This document shows positions 38,301 through 48,216 of a stretch of DNA of 64,000 bases, in pieces (position 1 is the first letter of the stretch; each line of letters begins with the position of its first letter). The position numbers were made by a program, and so were the translations under genes. This DNA comes from Rhodospirillales bacterium. Its GTDB lineage: Bacteria; Pseudomonadota; Alphaproteobacteria; UBA8366; JADFVY01. The stretch covers positions 3,749,119-3,813,118 of the forward strand of contig CP070634.1 in NCBI GenBank assembly GCA_020356105.1, read 5' to 3'. The notes under the pieces were generated by a model that saw nothing but the letters and a program-made list of their open reading frames with translations, made no database searches and was not told where the DNA came from.

Positions 38301-38857
38301 AGATCGAACCGGCGGTCGCCTCACCGGCCGCTGCCGCCGACAACCGCCGGTACCAGCGCGGGATCGTTATTCATCGACTGCTTGAGGTGCTGCCGGAGCT
38401 GCCGTCGGTAAGCAGGCGCGGCGCTGCCGCCCGCTATCTCGCCCGCCCCTTGCACAGACTCGATACCGAGAGTCAGGCGGAGATCGTCGACGAGGTCATG
38501 GCGGTTCTCGAAGACGAGGCGTTCGGCCCTGTCTTCGGGCCCGGCAGCCGCGCCGAGGTGCCGGTCACGGGACTGGTCGCGTACCCGGAAGGCCCCGCAG
38601 TGATCAGCGGACGGATCGACCGTCTTCTGATAGCCGGTGAATTGGTGATAATCGTGGATTTCAAGTCAAACCGGCCGCCGCCGGCGACGATGGACGACGT
38701 CACCGATGTCTACTGGCGCCAGATGGGCGAATACCGCGATCTGATGACGCAGATCTATCCCGGGCGGCGGGTGCGGTGCGCCTTGTTGTGGACCGACGGA
38801 CCGCGACTGATGGAACTTCGCGGACCGCGACTTGACCGGCGACCGAAGGAGCCATAA
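35384..38857 (+). CDS. addA: Double-strand break repair helicase AddA
   Basis: The ATG at 35384 overlaps the addB stop. UvrD-type motifs (SASAGSGKTKVLTDR, ILIDEAQDTS, VMTVHGAKGLQAP) and a C-terminal nuclease motif (IVDFKSN) are present. Confidence 0.9.
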   Translation: MSAAVVGMRRPDAQQRAAADPRASVWVSASAGSGKTKVLTDRVLALLLEGTPPQHILCLTFTRAAASEMANRVTDTLRRWAIVEEEKLRSALEDLTGITPDDEKMVEARRLLARVLDVPGGLKIQTIHAFCESLLGRFPVEAGLAPHFQVVDERSAVEMIGVARDAVLARSEHDPPLQDALNIVTRYVDEIRFAELMTALSGERHRLERLLDRHRDVTGATAAIRARLELRDGDSGSTIIAAAVREDAFDRAALTGAAQALLGSPGSTDQARGRTISEWLAADATERASGFQGYAAAYLTTQGELRAGSRIATKAVREVLPEVVDILHAEGNRLIRVKDRLRAVVTAEATAALIELGDALIAAYTAAKRSIARLDYDDLILLAGNLLKKPDIAPWVLFKLDGGIDHILIDEAQDTSPQQWDVVARLAEEFFAGEGGRDVPRTIFAVGDAKQSIYSFQHADAEEFRRMRAYFSQRVNDSGAVWRSVELDVSFRSTEAVLEAVDQVFATEQAAHGVVEPGATLRHFANRSGHAGLVELWPPVVPRATQDETEWSPPVERRAGDDPRGRLARLLAQRISSWIGTETLESRGRKVRAGDIMILVRTRTSLVEMLVRSLKDCGVSVSGIDRMVLSDQIAVMDLIALGRFLLLPEDDLTLATVLKGPFVGLNDEDLFELAWGRGNHTVWQRLNAAAIEDARLRAIRDWLGELLAAVDFRRPYELYVHILTSPVPAGADGRHCMLSRLGLDADDPIDEFLNLALAFERGHAGSLEGFLHWVEAGEVTVKRDLEQAGRDEVRVMTVHGAKGLQAPIVILPDTMSKPRNAGTILWDGDVPLWSPGVAYRDPHWKELLQAQKSDADDEYRRLLYVAMTRAEDRLYVCGVEGKKAPPEDCWYHLVRQGLSGCAEPVSMSFRPSDAEAFTGTGLRLAGSQRVPSEPDGPASGARQDPLPPESWMLRAAPREARPPKPLAPSRSAEIEPAVASPAAAADNRRYQRGIVIHRLLEVLPELPSVSRRGAAARYLARPLHRLDTESQAEIVDEVMAVLEDEAFGPVFGPGSRAEVPVTGLVAYPEGPAVISGRIDRLLIAGELVIIVDFKSNRPPPATMDDVTDVYWRQMGEYRDLMTQIYPGRRVRCALLWTDGPRLMELRGPRLDRRPKEP

Positions 38858-38940
38858 ATAACCTCAAGCTGTGGCGCGGCCGATCGAGCGCACCTGCAGA
38901 CGGGCGTAATTTGTAACGCGAACCACCATGAGGACGGTAT

Positions 38941-39261
38941 ATGAGCACCGTGAATGTCAGTGACGAGGAATTCGAGGCCAGCGTGTTGAAATCCGAAACC
39001 CCGGTCCTGGTCGATTTCTGGGCCGAATGGTGCGGGCCGTGCAAGATGATCGCGCCGGCGCTGCAGGAGATCGCCGACGAGATGGGCGATCGTCTGACCA
39101 TCGCTAAGATGAATGTCGACGACAATCCGCAGACGCCTGTGAAATACGGTGTGCGCGGCATTCCCATGTTGATGTTGTTCAAGAATGGCCAGGTCGCCGG
39201 AACCAAGATTGGCGCGATGCCCAAGGCGCAGCTGAGTCAGTGGGTCGAATCGCTGCTCTGA
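38941..39261 (+). CDS. trxA: Thioredoxin
   Basis: 106-aa ORF with WAEWCGPCK active site. Confidence 0.95.
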   Translation: MSTVNVSDEEFEASVLKSETPVLVDFWAEWCGPCKMIAPALQEIADEMGDRLTIAKMNVDDNPQTPVKYGVRGIPMLMLFKNGQVAGTKIGAMPKAQLSQWVESLL

Positions 39262-39290
39262 CCGGCGGATTTTGTTTGATTTCAAGTTTC

Positions 39291-39319
39291 GGGGCCCCGG
39301 CGACGGGGCCCTGTTTTCG
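39291..39319 (+). terminator. Rho-independent terminator after trxA
   Basis: GGGCCCCG-gcga-CGGGGCCC stem-loop followed by TGTTTTCG. Confidence 0.6.
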
Positions 39320-39327
39320 TGGCACCT

Positions 39328-40620
39328 TCATCCGTTCTCGGAAAGCACGCGTCCGGCCAGGTAGAGCGATCCGCAGATGAGGATGCGGGCGGCATCACCC
39401 GGCTGTGAAACCAGGGATTCCACGGCCGCGCCGATATTCTCGGTCGGCGCCGCGGCGAGGCCGGCGCGTGTAGCGATCTCGGCCAGCTCGATCGCCCCGA
39501 ACGACGTATGCTCTCCGGGAATGGCGACGGTGCGCACGCGGTTGGCTATCCCGGCGAAAGGCGCAAGGAATCGGTCCGCCTGCTTGTTGTTGAGCATGCC
39601 GCAGACAAGGTGAAGTGGCCGGTCGGTCCACGCGGCGGCGGCATGAGCGGCCAGGTGTTCGCCGGCCGCACCGTTATGTCCGCCGTCAAGCCAGAGCTCC
39701 CAGCCCTGCGGCACCGCATCCGTCAACGGGCCCTCGCTCAGCCTCTGGAGCCGCGCCGGCCAGGCGACGCGGAGCAGCCCGTTGGCCAAATCCATATCGG
39801 TCAGCGCGAAACCTTCGAGACGCTGCAGCGTTGCGACCGCGATCGCCGCATTGTCGATCTGGTGTGCGCCCGGCAGTGCCGGCAATGGCAATGGCAGCTG
39901 GCGGCCGCCGGCGCTGTAGACCACGCCGTCGGCCGACCGCTCGATGGAGTAGCTTCGCCCGAAACGAAAGGTCGGCGCGCCGATGCGTGCGGCCATCGCA
40001 TCGATGACCGCGGCGGCCTCGGGCGGCTGCGGGCCGATCACCGATGGCACGCCGCGCTTCTGAATTGCCGCCTTCTCGCGGGCGATTTCGGGCAACGTCT
40101 CGCCGAGAAAATGCTGATGGTCGATGGAAACCGGCGTGATGACGGTTGCGGCCGGTCGCGCGACCAGATTGGTTGCATCCAGCCGGCCGCCGAGTCCGCA
40201 TTCGAGCAGCAGGATATCGCCCGGCTGTTCCGCGAAGGCCAGAAACGCCGCCGCTGTGGTGATCTCGAAATAGGTAATCGGTGAACCGCCATTGGCCTCC
40301 TCGCAGCGCTCGAGATAGGCGGCCAGCGCCGGCTCCGCGATCGGCTCGCCGGCCAGGCGGATGCGCTCATGGAAACGAACGAGATGCGGCGAAGTATAAG
40401 CGTGAACCCTGTAACCCGCCGACTCGAGGGCGGCTCTCATGAACGCGGCGACCGATCCCTTGCCGTTGGTGCCGGCAAGATGCACGACCGGCGGAAGCTT
40501 TTCCTGGGGCCGGCCGAGCCTCTCGAGCAGCCGCTCGATCCTGTCGAGCGACAGATCGATGATCTTCGGGTGGAGCGCCATCAGGCGCGCCAGGATCACG
40601 TCGCTGGGCTCAGCGAACAT
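39328..40620 (-). CDS. folC: Bifunctional folylpolyglutamate synthase/dihydrofolate synthase
   Basis: 430-aa ORF with Mur-ligase P-loop HLAGTNGKGS and FolC-like domains. Confidence 0.9.
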   Translation of the reverse strand: MFAEPSDVILARLMALHPKIIDLSLDRIERLLERLGRPQEKLPPVVHLAGTNGKGSVAAFMRAALESAGYRVHAYTSPHLVRFHERIRLAGEPIAEPALAAYLERCEEANGGSPITYFEITTAAAFLAFAEQPGDILLLECGLGGRLDATNLVARPAATVITPVSIDHQHFLGETLPEIAREKAAIQKRGVPSVIGPQPPEAAAVIDAMAARIGAPTFRFGRSYSIERSADGVVYSAGGRQLPLPLPALPGAHQIDNAAIAVATLQRLEGFALTDMDLANGLLRVAWPARLQRLSEGPLTDAVPQGWELWLDGGHNGAAGEHLAAHAAAAWTDRPLHLVCGMLNNKQADRFLAPFAGIANRVRTVAIPGEHTSFGAIELAEIATRAGLAAAPTENIGAAVESLVSQPGDAARILICGSLYLAGRVLSENG

Positions 40621-40664
40621 GGCTATCCTTCAAGGCCGCACGAACATAGGGTGTCGCAGCGCTT

Positions 40665-41663
40665 TCAGGTTTGCTCTTTCGACGCGGCGCGTTGTGCCCT
40701 TGGGGAGGCGTTGGAGCTCTTCGCCGCCGGAGCCGCCTTTTCCGAATGATCCTCCGGTTCCTCGGGCGACAGGACCTCGCCCTCAACGGTGAGCGGTACG
40801 ATCTCGGCCTCGGGAGTCTTGTTGCGCAACAGGTCGATGAGATTGATCAGCGTGTCACGCAGCTCGTGCCGCGGCACCACCATGTCAATGATACCGTGAT
40901 CCTTGAGGTATTCGGCGCGCTGGAAGCCGTCCGGGAGCTTTTCGCGCACGGTCTGTTCGATCACGCGCTGGCCGGCGAACCCGATCAGCGCCCCGGGTTC
41001 GGCGATCTGGATATCGCCGAGCATCGCGAAGCTGGCGGTGACGCCGCCGGTCGTCGGATCCGTCAGCAGGACGATATAGGGCAGGTTGGCCTCGCGCACT
41101 TCCTCGATGGCGATGACGGTGCGCGGCAGCTGCATGAGCGAGAGAATTCCTTCCTGCATCCGGGCGCCGCCGGAGGCCGGCACGACAATTAGCGGCGCAT
41201 CCTGCAGGACGGCCAGCTTGGCCGCGGAGATCAGACCCTCGCCCACGGCCACGCCCATCGAGCCGCCCATGAAGCTGAAATCGAAGGCCGCGACCACCAC
41301 CTTGTGGCCGCCCATCGCACCGTGAGCCACGATGATTGCGTCCTGCTCGCCGGTCTTGGCGCGGCTCTCCTTGAGCCGGTCGGTATAACGCTTCAGATCT
41401 CTGAATTTCAGGGGATCGTTAACCGCTTTCGGAAGCTCGATGCGGTCGTACTCTCCGTCGTCGAAGAGCATCTCCAGCCGCTTCTTCACCTCGAGCCGCA
41501 GATGATGGTCGCAATGCTGGCAGACGAACAGATTTTCCTCGAGATCTCGATGAAAAATCATCTGCCCGCAATTTGGACATTTGAACCACAGATTGTCCGG
41601 CTGGTCGGTCTGCTTGACCAGCGCCCGGAACTTCGGTCGCACGAAGTTTGTCAGCCAGTTCAT
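40665..41663 (-). CDS. accD: Acetyl-CoA carboxylase carboxyltransferase beta subunit
   Basis: The ATG at 41663 overlaps the trpA stop. It has a zinc ribbon ([26 protein letters not shown]) and a CT domain. The track ORF (42074) is 5'-extended. Confidence 0.9.
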   Translation of the reverse strand: MNWLTNFVRPKFRALVKQTDQPDNLWFKCPNCGQMIFHRDLEENLFVCQHCDHHLRLEVKKRLEMLFDDGEYDRIELPKAVNDPLKFRDLKRYTDRLKESRAKTGEQDAIIVAHGAMGGHKVVVAAFDFSFMGGSMGVAVGEGLISAAKLAVLQDAPLIVVPASGGARMQEGILSLMQLPRTVIAIEEVREANLPYIVLLTDPTTGGVTASFAMLGDIQIAEPGALIGFAGQRVIEQTVREKLPDGFQRAEYLKDHGIIDMVVPRHELRDTLINLIDLLRNKTPEAEIVPLTVEGEVLSPEEPEDHSEKAAPAAKSSNASPRAQRAASKEQT

Positions 41664-42508
41664 ACGCTCTCCTCGCGGCTGCGCACCTCGGCGGCCAGTT
41701 CGCGAACGTAGTCGTGCACTTTCCCTGCAAGGCCGGGGGCCGGCGCCCCGTCTGCGTCGAGACCGGCGACGATCCGGTCGACGATGGCCGAGCCGACGAC
41801 CGCTGCGTCGGCGACCGCGGCGACTGCCCGAGCGGCGTCCGGCGTCTTGATGCCGAAGCCCACGCCGATCGGCAGATCGGTATGGCGGCGCAGCCGCTCG
41901 ACGGCCGCACGGACGGCATCCTCGGTGGCCGACTTGGTCCCCGTGATTCCCATCACCGAGACATAATATACGAAGCCGCTGGTATTGGACAGGACCACCG
42001 GCAGACGGACATCGTCGGTCGTCGGCGTGGCCAGCCGGATGAAATTCATGCCGGCCTTCAGCGACGGCAGGCACAGCTCCTCGTCCTCTTCCGGCGGCAG
42101 GTCGACGACGATCAGCCCGTCCACTCCTGCGGCCAGCGCATCAGCCAAGAACCGGTCGACGCCGTAATTGTAAATCGGATTGTAATAGCCCATGAGGACG
42201 ATCGGCGTGTCGTCGTCGTGCGCCCGGAACTCCCGCACCAGCTCAAGGCATTTGGCGAGCTTCATGCCCGCCCTGAGCGCGCGCTGGGAGGCGGCCTGGA
42301 CCACCGGACCGTCGGCCATCGGATCGGAGAACGGCATGCCGAGCTCGATCACGTCCGCGCCGGCGGCAGGCAGGCCGAGGACAATCTCCCTCGACGTCTC
42401 GTAGTCGGGGTCACCCGCGGTCACAAAGGTGACGAGGCCGCCGCGGCCCTCCTCCTTCAGCGCTTCGAAGCGGCGCCGGATGCGTCCGGAATCCTGCGCC
42501 GCGCTCAC
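41660..42508 (-). CDS. trpA: Tryptophan synthase alpha chain
   Basis: The GTG at 42508 overlaps the trpB stop (GTGA). [17 protein letters not shown]...[18 protein letters not shown] is the TrpA signature. Confidence 0.9.
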   Translation of the reverse strand: MSAAQDSGRIRRRFEALKEEGRGGLVTFVTAGDPDYETSREIVLGLPAAGADVIELGMPFSDPMADGPVVQAASQRALRAGMKLAKCLELVREFRAHDDDTPIVLMGYYNPIYNYGVDRFLADALAAGVDGLIVVDLPPEEDEELCLPSLKAGMNFIRLATPTTDDVRLPVVLSNTSGFVYYVSVMGITGTKSATEDAVRAAVERLRRHTDLPIGVGFGIKTPDAARAVAAVADAAVVGSAIVDRIVAGLDADGAPAPGLAGKVHDYVRELAAEVRSREESV

Positions 42509-43719
42509 AGCCCCACTCCCAGCGCCTCGGCGACGGTGAAGATATCCTTGTCGCCGCGGCCGCACATGTTCATGCACAAGAGGTGGTCCTGTGGCAAGTC
42601 GCCGGCGATACGGGCGACATGGGCCAGCGCGTGCGATGGCTCCAGCGCCGGGATGATGCCCTCCAGGCGGCTGCACAGCTGGAACGCCTCCAGCGCCTCC
42701 TGGTCGGTCGCCGAGACGTATTCGACGCGGCCGCTCTCGAACAGCCAAGCATGCTCCGGCCCGATGCCGGGATAATCGAGGCCCGCCGAGATCGAATGCG
42801 CCTCGAGGATCTGCCCGTCGTCGTCCTGCAGAAGGTAGGTCCGGTTGCCGTGCAGCACGCCCGGCCGGCCGCCGGTCAGCGACGCCGCATGCTTGTCGGT
42901 ATCGAGGCCCAGCCCCGCCGCCTCGACGCCCCAGATCTTGACCTCCGGATCGTCGAGGAAGGGGTGGAACAGGCCCATCGCGTTCGACCCGCCGCCGATG
43001 CAGGCGACGAGACTGTCGGGAATGCGGCCCTCCGCTGCGATCATCTGTTCGCGCGCTTCGCGCCCGATCACCGACTGGAAATCGCGCACCATGGCTGGAT
43101 AGGGATGCGGCCCCGCCACCGTGCCGATGATGTAGAAGGTGTTTTCGACATTGGCGACCCAGTCGCGCAATGCCTCGTTCATCGCATCCTTCAGCGAGTT
43201 GGAGCCGCTGGCAACCGGCTTGACCTCGGCGCCCAGCAGTTTCATGCGGAACACGTTCGGCGCCTGCCGCTCGATGTCCTTGGAGCCCAAGTAGATCGTG
43301 CAGGGCAGGTCTAACAGGGCGCACACCGTCGCAGTGGCGACGCCGAGCAGGCCGGCCCAGGACTCGGCGATGATGCGTGTCTTGCCCATGCGACGGGCGA
43401 GCAGAATCTGGCCGATGCAGATGTTGATCTTGTGCGCGCCGGTGTGGTTCAGCTCGTCGCGTTTGAAGTAGATTTTGGCGCCGCCGAAATGCTCGGTCAG
43501 CCGTTTCGCGAAATAGAGCGGGCTCGGCCGGCCGACATAGTGCTTGAAGTAGTATTGCAGCTCCTCCTCGAAGGAGGGGTCGTCCCGCGCCGCGTCCCAA
43601 GCCTTCTCGACCTCGAGGATCAGCGGCATCAGGGTCTCGGCGACGAAACGGCCGCCGAAGATGCCAAAATGCCCGCGTTCATCCGGTCCGGCCCGGTAGG
43701 TGTTGATCTGGTCTGTCAT
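42505..43719 (-). CDS. trpB: Tryptophan synthase beta chain
   Basis: ATG at 43719. [18 protein letters not shown] and the PLP site [10 protein letters not shown] are present. Confidence 0.95.
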   Translation of the reverse strand: MTDQINTYRAGPDERGHFGIFGGRFVAETLMPLILEVEKAWDAARDDPSFEEELQYYFKHYVGRPSPLYFAKRLTEHFGGAKIYFKRDELNHTGAHKINICIGQILLARRMGKTRIIAESWAGLLGVATATVCALLDLPCTIYLGSKDIERQAPNVFRMKLLGAEVKPVASGSNSLKDAMNEALRDWVANVENTFYIIGTVAGPHPYPAMVRDFQSVIGREAREQMIAAEGRIPDSLVACIGGGSNAMGLFHPFLDDPEVKIWGVEAAGLGLDTDKHAASLTGGRPGVLHGNRTYLLQDDDGQILEAHSISAGLDYPGIGPEHAWLFESGRVEYVSATDQEALEAFQLCSRLEGIIPALEPSHALAHVARIAGDLPQDHLLCMNMCGRGDKDIFTVAEALGVGL

Positions 43720-43825
43720 GAATCCCGTCGATATTGTGGCAGCGCAGCTGGATTGCAAGCCGCGGGCGGCCGCCGTTCCAACGCCCGGGCAGCTTCATAA
43801 CCCATCTTATAGCTCGGGCACAGTC

Positions 43826-44710
43826 TCAATTTTCCCGCAGGCCGGCGTATCGGTCGTCCTCGACATAATAATCCTCGAAGCCGACGATGCGGCGCAGCTC
43901 CGCGAAATCGAGCAGGCGGTCGTCGGGATGACGGCCGGCCTGCATATCGGCCAGTGTCGCGCGCATCGCCCGCATCGACGCCGACAGCAGGGTGAGCGGC
44001 CAGGCGACCAGCGCATAACCGATTTCCTGAAGGTCCGCGGCCGGCAGCACCGGCGTCTTGCCCTGCTCGACCATGTTGGCGAGATGCCAGCCCGGCACCG
44101 CCTCGCAGATGCGGCGCATCTCGACTTCGTTCTCCGGCGCCTCGACGAACAGCATGTCGGCGCCGGCCTGTTTGAACGCTTCGGCGCGGCGCAGCGCCTC
44201 GTCCATGCCGTGCGTCGCACGCGCGTCGGTGCGGGCCAGGATCAGGATGCCGGCGCCCTCGTCCCGGGCATCGCAGGCCGCGCGGATGCGTGCCACCGCC
44301 TCATCGAAACCGACCACCGCCTTGCCCTTGGTGTGGCCGCAGCGCTTGGGCCAGAGCTGGTCCTCGATCATCACCGCGGCGAAGCCGGCCTGCGCATAGC
44401 CGCGCACGGTGCGCTTGACGTTGACCGCATTGCCGTAGCCGGTATCGCCGTCGCCGATCACCGGGATGTCGACGGCGGCGCATATGTTGCGGCCCTGGTC
44501 GACGATTTCGCCGTAGGAGATGAGGCCCGTATCGGGCAGGGCGAGCCGTGCCGCCGAGACCGCGAAGCCCGACATGAAGGTCGCCGCGAAGCCGGCCTCC
44601 TCGACGAGGCGCGCCGACAGCGGGTCGAAGGTGGCCGGCATCTGCACGATCTCGCCGCCCTCCAGGAGAGAACGGAGCCTCGTGGCGGCATGGGTCAGCG
44701 GTGCGGTCAT
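43826..44710 (-). CDS. Isocitrate lyase/PEP mutase-family enzyme (2-methylisocitrate lyase / carboxy-PEP mutase / oxaloacetate decarboxylase-like)
   Basis: 294-aa ORF. GDGDTGYGNAVNV and the family signature EDQLWPKRCGH are present. Confidence 0.8.
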   Translation of the reverse strand: MTAPLTHAATRLRSLLEGGEIVQMPATFDPLSARLVEEAGFAATFMSGFAVSAARLALPDTGLISYGEIVDQGRNICAAVDIPVIGDGDTGYGNAVNVKRTVRGYAQAGFAAVMIEDQLWPKRCGHTKGKAVVGFDEAVARIRAACDARDEGAGILILARTDARATHGMDEALRRAEAFKQAGADMLFVEAPENEVEMRRICEAVPGWHLANMVEQGKTPVLPAADLQEIGYALVAWPLTLLSASMRAMRATLADMQAGRHPDDRLLDFAELRRIVGFEDYYVEDDRYAGLREN

Positions 44711-44901
44711 GGACGGATCCCCGGTCGGTCACGCGTGATGGCGGCGCGACTATACGCGCGGTACGGCGCGGCGCAAAAGCCCCGATGCGGGCGGCGCGGG
44801 CGCAAAGGCGTGGAATGACCCCATGCACCGGAGTTTTCCAACGGTTTCGACCGGCCATGGGGCGTGGCCAGTGATCCGTACAGACGGGACCGAAACAACA
44901 C

Positions 44902-46176
44902 CTACAGCCGGAACGGGATGTACAGCGCGATGTCGGGCGCGAAATAGATCGCGAACACGGTGGCCAGCATCATGATGATGAACGGCCAGACGCCGGAGGC
45001 GACCTCGCCCATGCGCGCGCGTCCCACCGCCTGCACGACATAGAGGTTGAGGCCGACCGGCGGGGTGATCAGGGCGCATTCGATGAGGATCACGAACAGG
45101 ATCCCGAACCAGATCGGATCGATGCCGAGCGCGGCCAGCGAGGGGTAGAGCACCGGTACCATGATCAAGAGCATCGACAGCGCTTCGAGCACCAGTCCCA
45201 TGACCAGCAGCACCGCGCCGACCGCGAGCAGGAATGGCCCCGCGGTATCGAAGGTGGCGACGATGGCCGACGAGATGTCCTGCGGAATGCGGTAGAGCGT
45301 GATCGCCTTGCCGAAGATCTTGGCGCCGGCGAGGATCAGCAGGATCGTTACCGTCGTCTTCATGCTGTCCTGGACCGCCTCGCGCAGCTTCTCCCAGGTT
45401 ATGGTGCGCAGAACCAGGCCGGTCAGCACCAGCGCGCCGCCGAAACCGACGGCGGCGGCCTCGGTCGGGGTAAAGGCGCCGGCATAGAGACCGCCGACGA
45501 TCAGCGCCGCCAGCGCCAGGGTCGGCAGGGCGCGGATGCTGGCGCGGCGCCGTTCTTCCCAGCCGGCGCGCGGCGAGGGCGTGTAGTCCGGCCCGAGCCA
45601 GGCGTAGAGGATGGAAAATCCGACGAAGAGCGCGATCAGCAGCAACCCCGGCCCGATGCCGGCGAGGAACAGGGCGCCGATCGACTCCTCGGTGATGACG
45701 CCGTAGACGATCATCGGGATCGAGGGCGGAATGAGGATGCCGAGCGTGCCGCCGGCGGCCAGCAGCCCGAGGATGAAGCGCCGCCGGTAGCCGCGCTGCT
45801 CCATCTCCGGGATCGCGACGGTGCCGATGGTCGCCGCGGTGGCGACCGAGCTGCCCGAGATCGCGGCGAAGATGCCGCACGAAAAGATGGTGGCCACCGC
45901 AAGCCCGCCGGGCCAGTGGCCGACCCAGCTCTGCACCGCGGCGAACAGGTCGCGCCCGACGCCGCCCTTGAGCAAGATGTTCGACATCAGGAGGAACAGC
46001 GGCACCGCCAGCAGCACGAAATTGTCCGCGAGGCTGTATAGCCCCTGTGGCGCCATCAACGGCGAGAAGCCGCCGAGGATCAGCATCGCCAGGCCCAGCC
46101 CGCCCAGCGCGAAGGCGATCGGCACGCCGAGGAACAGCAGTAGCAGCAGGGCGCCGAGGACGAGGATGACGGTCAT
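44902..46176 (-). CDS. dctM: TRAP transporter large permease subunit
   Basis: 424-aa polytopic ORF typical of the DctM family. Confidence 0.9.
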   Translation of the reverse strand: MTVILVLGALLLLLFLGVPIAFALGGLGLAMLILGGFSPLMAPQGLYSLADNFVLLAVPLFLLMSNILLKGGVGRDLFAAVQSWVGHWPGGLAVATIFSCGIFAAISGSSVATAATIGTVAIPEMEQRGYRRRFILGLLAAGGTLGILIPPSIPMIVYGVITEESIGALFLAGIGPGLLLIALFVGFSILYAWLGPDYTPSPRAGWEERRRASIRALPTLALAALIVGGLYAGAFTPTEAAAVGFGGALVLTGLVLRTITWEKLREAVQDSMKTTVTILLILAGAKIFGKAITLYRIPQDISSAIVATFDTAGPFLLAVGAVLLVMGLVLEALSMLLIMVPVLYPSLAALGIDPIWFGILFVILIECALITPPVGLNLYVVQAVGRARMGEVASGVWPFIIMMLATVFAIYFAPDIALYIPFRL

Positions 46177-46263
46177 CGGTGGGCGCTCCGTCGCCCAGCG
46201 ACTTCTTGCTTCGAGCCGGCGCAGCGCGCCTCCTCAGCATGAGGCTCACACCTTCGTGTCCTC

Positions 46264-46296
46264 ATCCTGAGGAGGGCCGAAGGCCCGTCTCGAAGG
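46264..46296. repeat. REP-like intergenic repeat, copy A (ATCCTGAGGAGGGCCGAAGGCCCGTCTCGAAGG)
   Basis: 33/33 nt identical to 47012..47044. It is flanked by the local inverted repeat CCTCCTCAG / CTGAGGAGG. It lies in the dctQ-dctM spacer. Confidence 0.85.
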
Positions 46297-46334
46297 GTTA
46301 AGTCCCGCCGCTCTCTCAAGCTCGTCCCCATCGC

Positions 46335-46856
46335 TCAGACTTCGTCGGCGATGACGGGCTCGTGACCCTGGGCACCGGGGATCGGCGCGCCGCTCGCCAC
46401 CCGTGCGATCTGCACCAGCGCCTGCAGCAGCAGGACCGCGAAGCCGACGGGTATGGCGATCTCGGTCATCCAGTGCGGCACATTCAGCATGGTGCCGCTC
46501 ATGCGGCCGACCTGCCAGGAATCGAGGGCGATTACCGCCCCATACCAGCAAGCTACGGCGCTGAAGGCGGCGATCACCGAGAGGCTGAAGATTTCGGCCG
46601 CGGCGCGCGGGCGCGGGCCGAGTCGGTCGACCAGCAGGCCGATGCGGATCATCGCGCCCTGGCGCAGCACCGCCGCGGCCGCGATGTAGAGGGCCCAGAT
46701 CTGGAAGAATCGGGCGAGCTCCTCGGCCCAGATGGTCGGCGAGGTGAACAGGTAGCGGAAGAACACCTCCCACAGGATCATGCCGCCGATGGCGACGAAC
46801 ATCCACGCTGAGAGGGTCGCCAGGGCTTCGCCGGCACGGTCGATCAGTCGGAACAT
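46335..46856 (-). CDS. dctQ: TRAP transporter small permease subunit
   Basis: 173-aa ORF with four TM helices. Its position between DctP and DctM supports the call. Confidence 0.8.
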   Translation of the reverse strand: MFRLIDRAGEALATLSAWMFVAIGGMILWEVFFRYLFTSPTIWAEELARFFQIWALYIAAAAVLRQGAMIRIGLLVDRLGPRPRAAAEIFSLSVIAAFSAVACWYGAVIALDSWQVGRMSGTMLNVPHWMTEIAIPVGFAVLLLQALVQIARVASGAPIPGAQGHEPVIADEV

Positions 46857-47011
46857 GGGTGGTTCTGTCGGCTCATAAAGAATTCCAGCTATCCCGGCGG
46901 GAGGTCGCGGGAGCCAACGTCTCCCAACCTTCCCCCGCCCATGTCGGGAGAGGGCTTTTTGCTCCGGGCCTGCGCGGTAGAGCCTCTCTCGCGCTCGCGC
47001 GGGAGGACCTT

Positions 47012-47044
47012 ATCCTGAGGAGGGCCGAAGGCCCGTCTCGAAGG
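47012..47044. repeat. REP-like intergenic repeat, copy B
   Basis: Identical 33-mer in the dctP-dctQ spacer. Confidence 0.85.
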
Positions 47045-47095
47045 ATGGGAAGGGGGCGCCGCATCTCTACGCGCCGCCCCGTCATTCCCTGGCGG

Positions 47096-48088
47096 CTACT
47101 TCAGCCCCGTCGCGGCCTTGTAGATCTGCGCGCCGAGATCGCCGGATTCCCCAAGGTAGCTGTCCAGCACAGGCTTGGTCGCAGCCTTCCAGGCGTCGAC
47201 CTCGGCCTCGGAGAGCTCGACCACCGCCATGCCGGCCTTCCTGGCCGCCCCATAGGCGTCGGCCTCGATATTGGCCATCTCGTCGCGGACATGCGCCTCG
47301 GCGTTGCGCGCGGCGGTCATGATGATGTCCTGCTGCGCGTTCGGCAGCGACTGCCAGAACTTCTCGTTGACCACGACGACGAATTCGATATCGGCATGGT
47401 TGGTGACCGTGATGGTGTCCATCACCTCCCACAGCTTGCGCGACTTGACGCCGGAGACGCCGGTCATGCCGGCATCGACGGTGCCGCGCTGGTAGGCGAC
47501 GTACTGCTCGGAGCCGGAGATCAGGGTCGGCGCGCCGCCCAACGCCTCGATGAACTTGCCCAGCGTGCGGCCAAACACGCGCACCTTCTTGTCCTTGATG
47601 TCGGCCGGCGTTTTCAGCGCGCCGCCCTTGGACAGCATGATGGCGCCACCATAGGCCTGCCACCACAACACGCGGCTGCCGGTCTTCAGGATCGCATCGT
47701 CGATGGGCTGGCGCACCGGGCTGCCGGGCGCGACCGCGGCGCGGACCTTGGCATCGGTATTGAACATGAACGGCACGTAGAAGATATCGACGGCCGGGAT
47801 CTCGCCGACATAGCGGGTCAGCGAGGCGACGCCCATCTCGATGGCACCGGAGCCGACAGCCTGCGGCACCTCCTTGTCCTTGTAGAGCTGCGCCGAATCG
47901 TAGATCTCGACCTTGATGTCGCCCTTCGACTCACGCTCGACCTCCTGCTTGAACATCAGCAGGTTCTGGCCGAGATGCGCCTTCAGCGGTAGCTGCAGGG
48001 TAATGCGGAGCGTGGTTTCGGCCTGCGCCGGGATGGCGATCGTCGCCGCCAGGGCCAGCGCCCCGGCCATCGCTGCAAGACGTTTCAT
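47096..48088 (-). CDS. dctP: TRAP transporter substrate-binding protein
   Basis: ATG at 48088 after gggag. It has a signal peptide (MKRLAAMAGALALAATIAIPAQA) and a DctP-family body. Confidence 0.85.
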   Translation of the reverse strand: MKRLAAMAGALALAATIAIPAQAETTLRITLQLPLKAHLGQNLLMFKQEVERESKGDIKVEIYDSAQLYKDKEVPQAVGSGAIEMGVASLTRYVGEIPAVDIFYVPFMFNTDAKVRAAVAPGSPVRQPIDDAILKTGSRVLWWQAYGGAIMLSKGGALKTPADIKDKKVRVFGRTLGKFIEALGGAPTLISGSEQYVAYQRGTVDAGMTGVSGVKSRKLWEVMDTITVTNHADIEFVVVVNEKFWQSLPNAQQDIIMTAARNAEAHVRDEMANIEADAYGAARKAGMAVVELSEAEVDAWKAATKPVLDSYLGESGDLGAQIYKAATGLK

Positions 48089-48216
48089 GGTGGTACTCCC
48101 TGTTTCCTTGCCAGGCCCGGCATCACCGCCGGACGTTCGTAGCGGCACGATAAGCAAGCGCCCAGGTTGCCGCAAGCGCGATCAGCCGGCATGCCGAATG
48201 ACGATCCCATCAGCGG

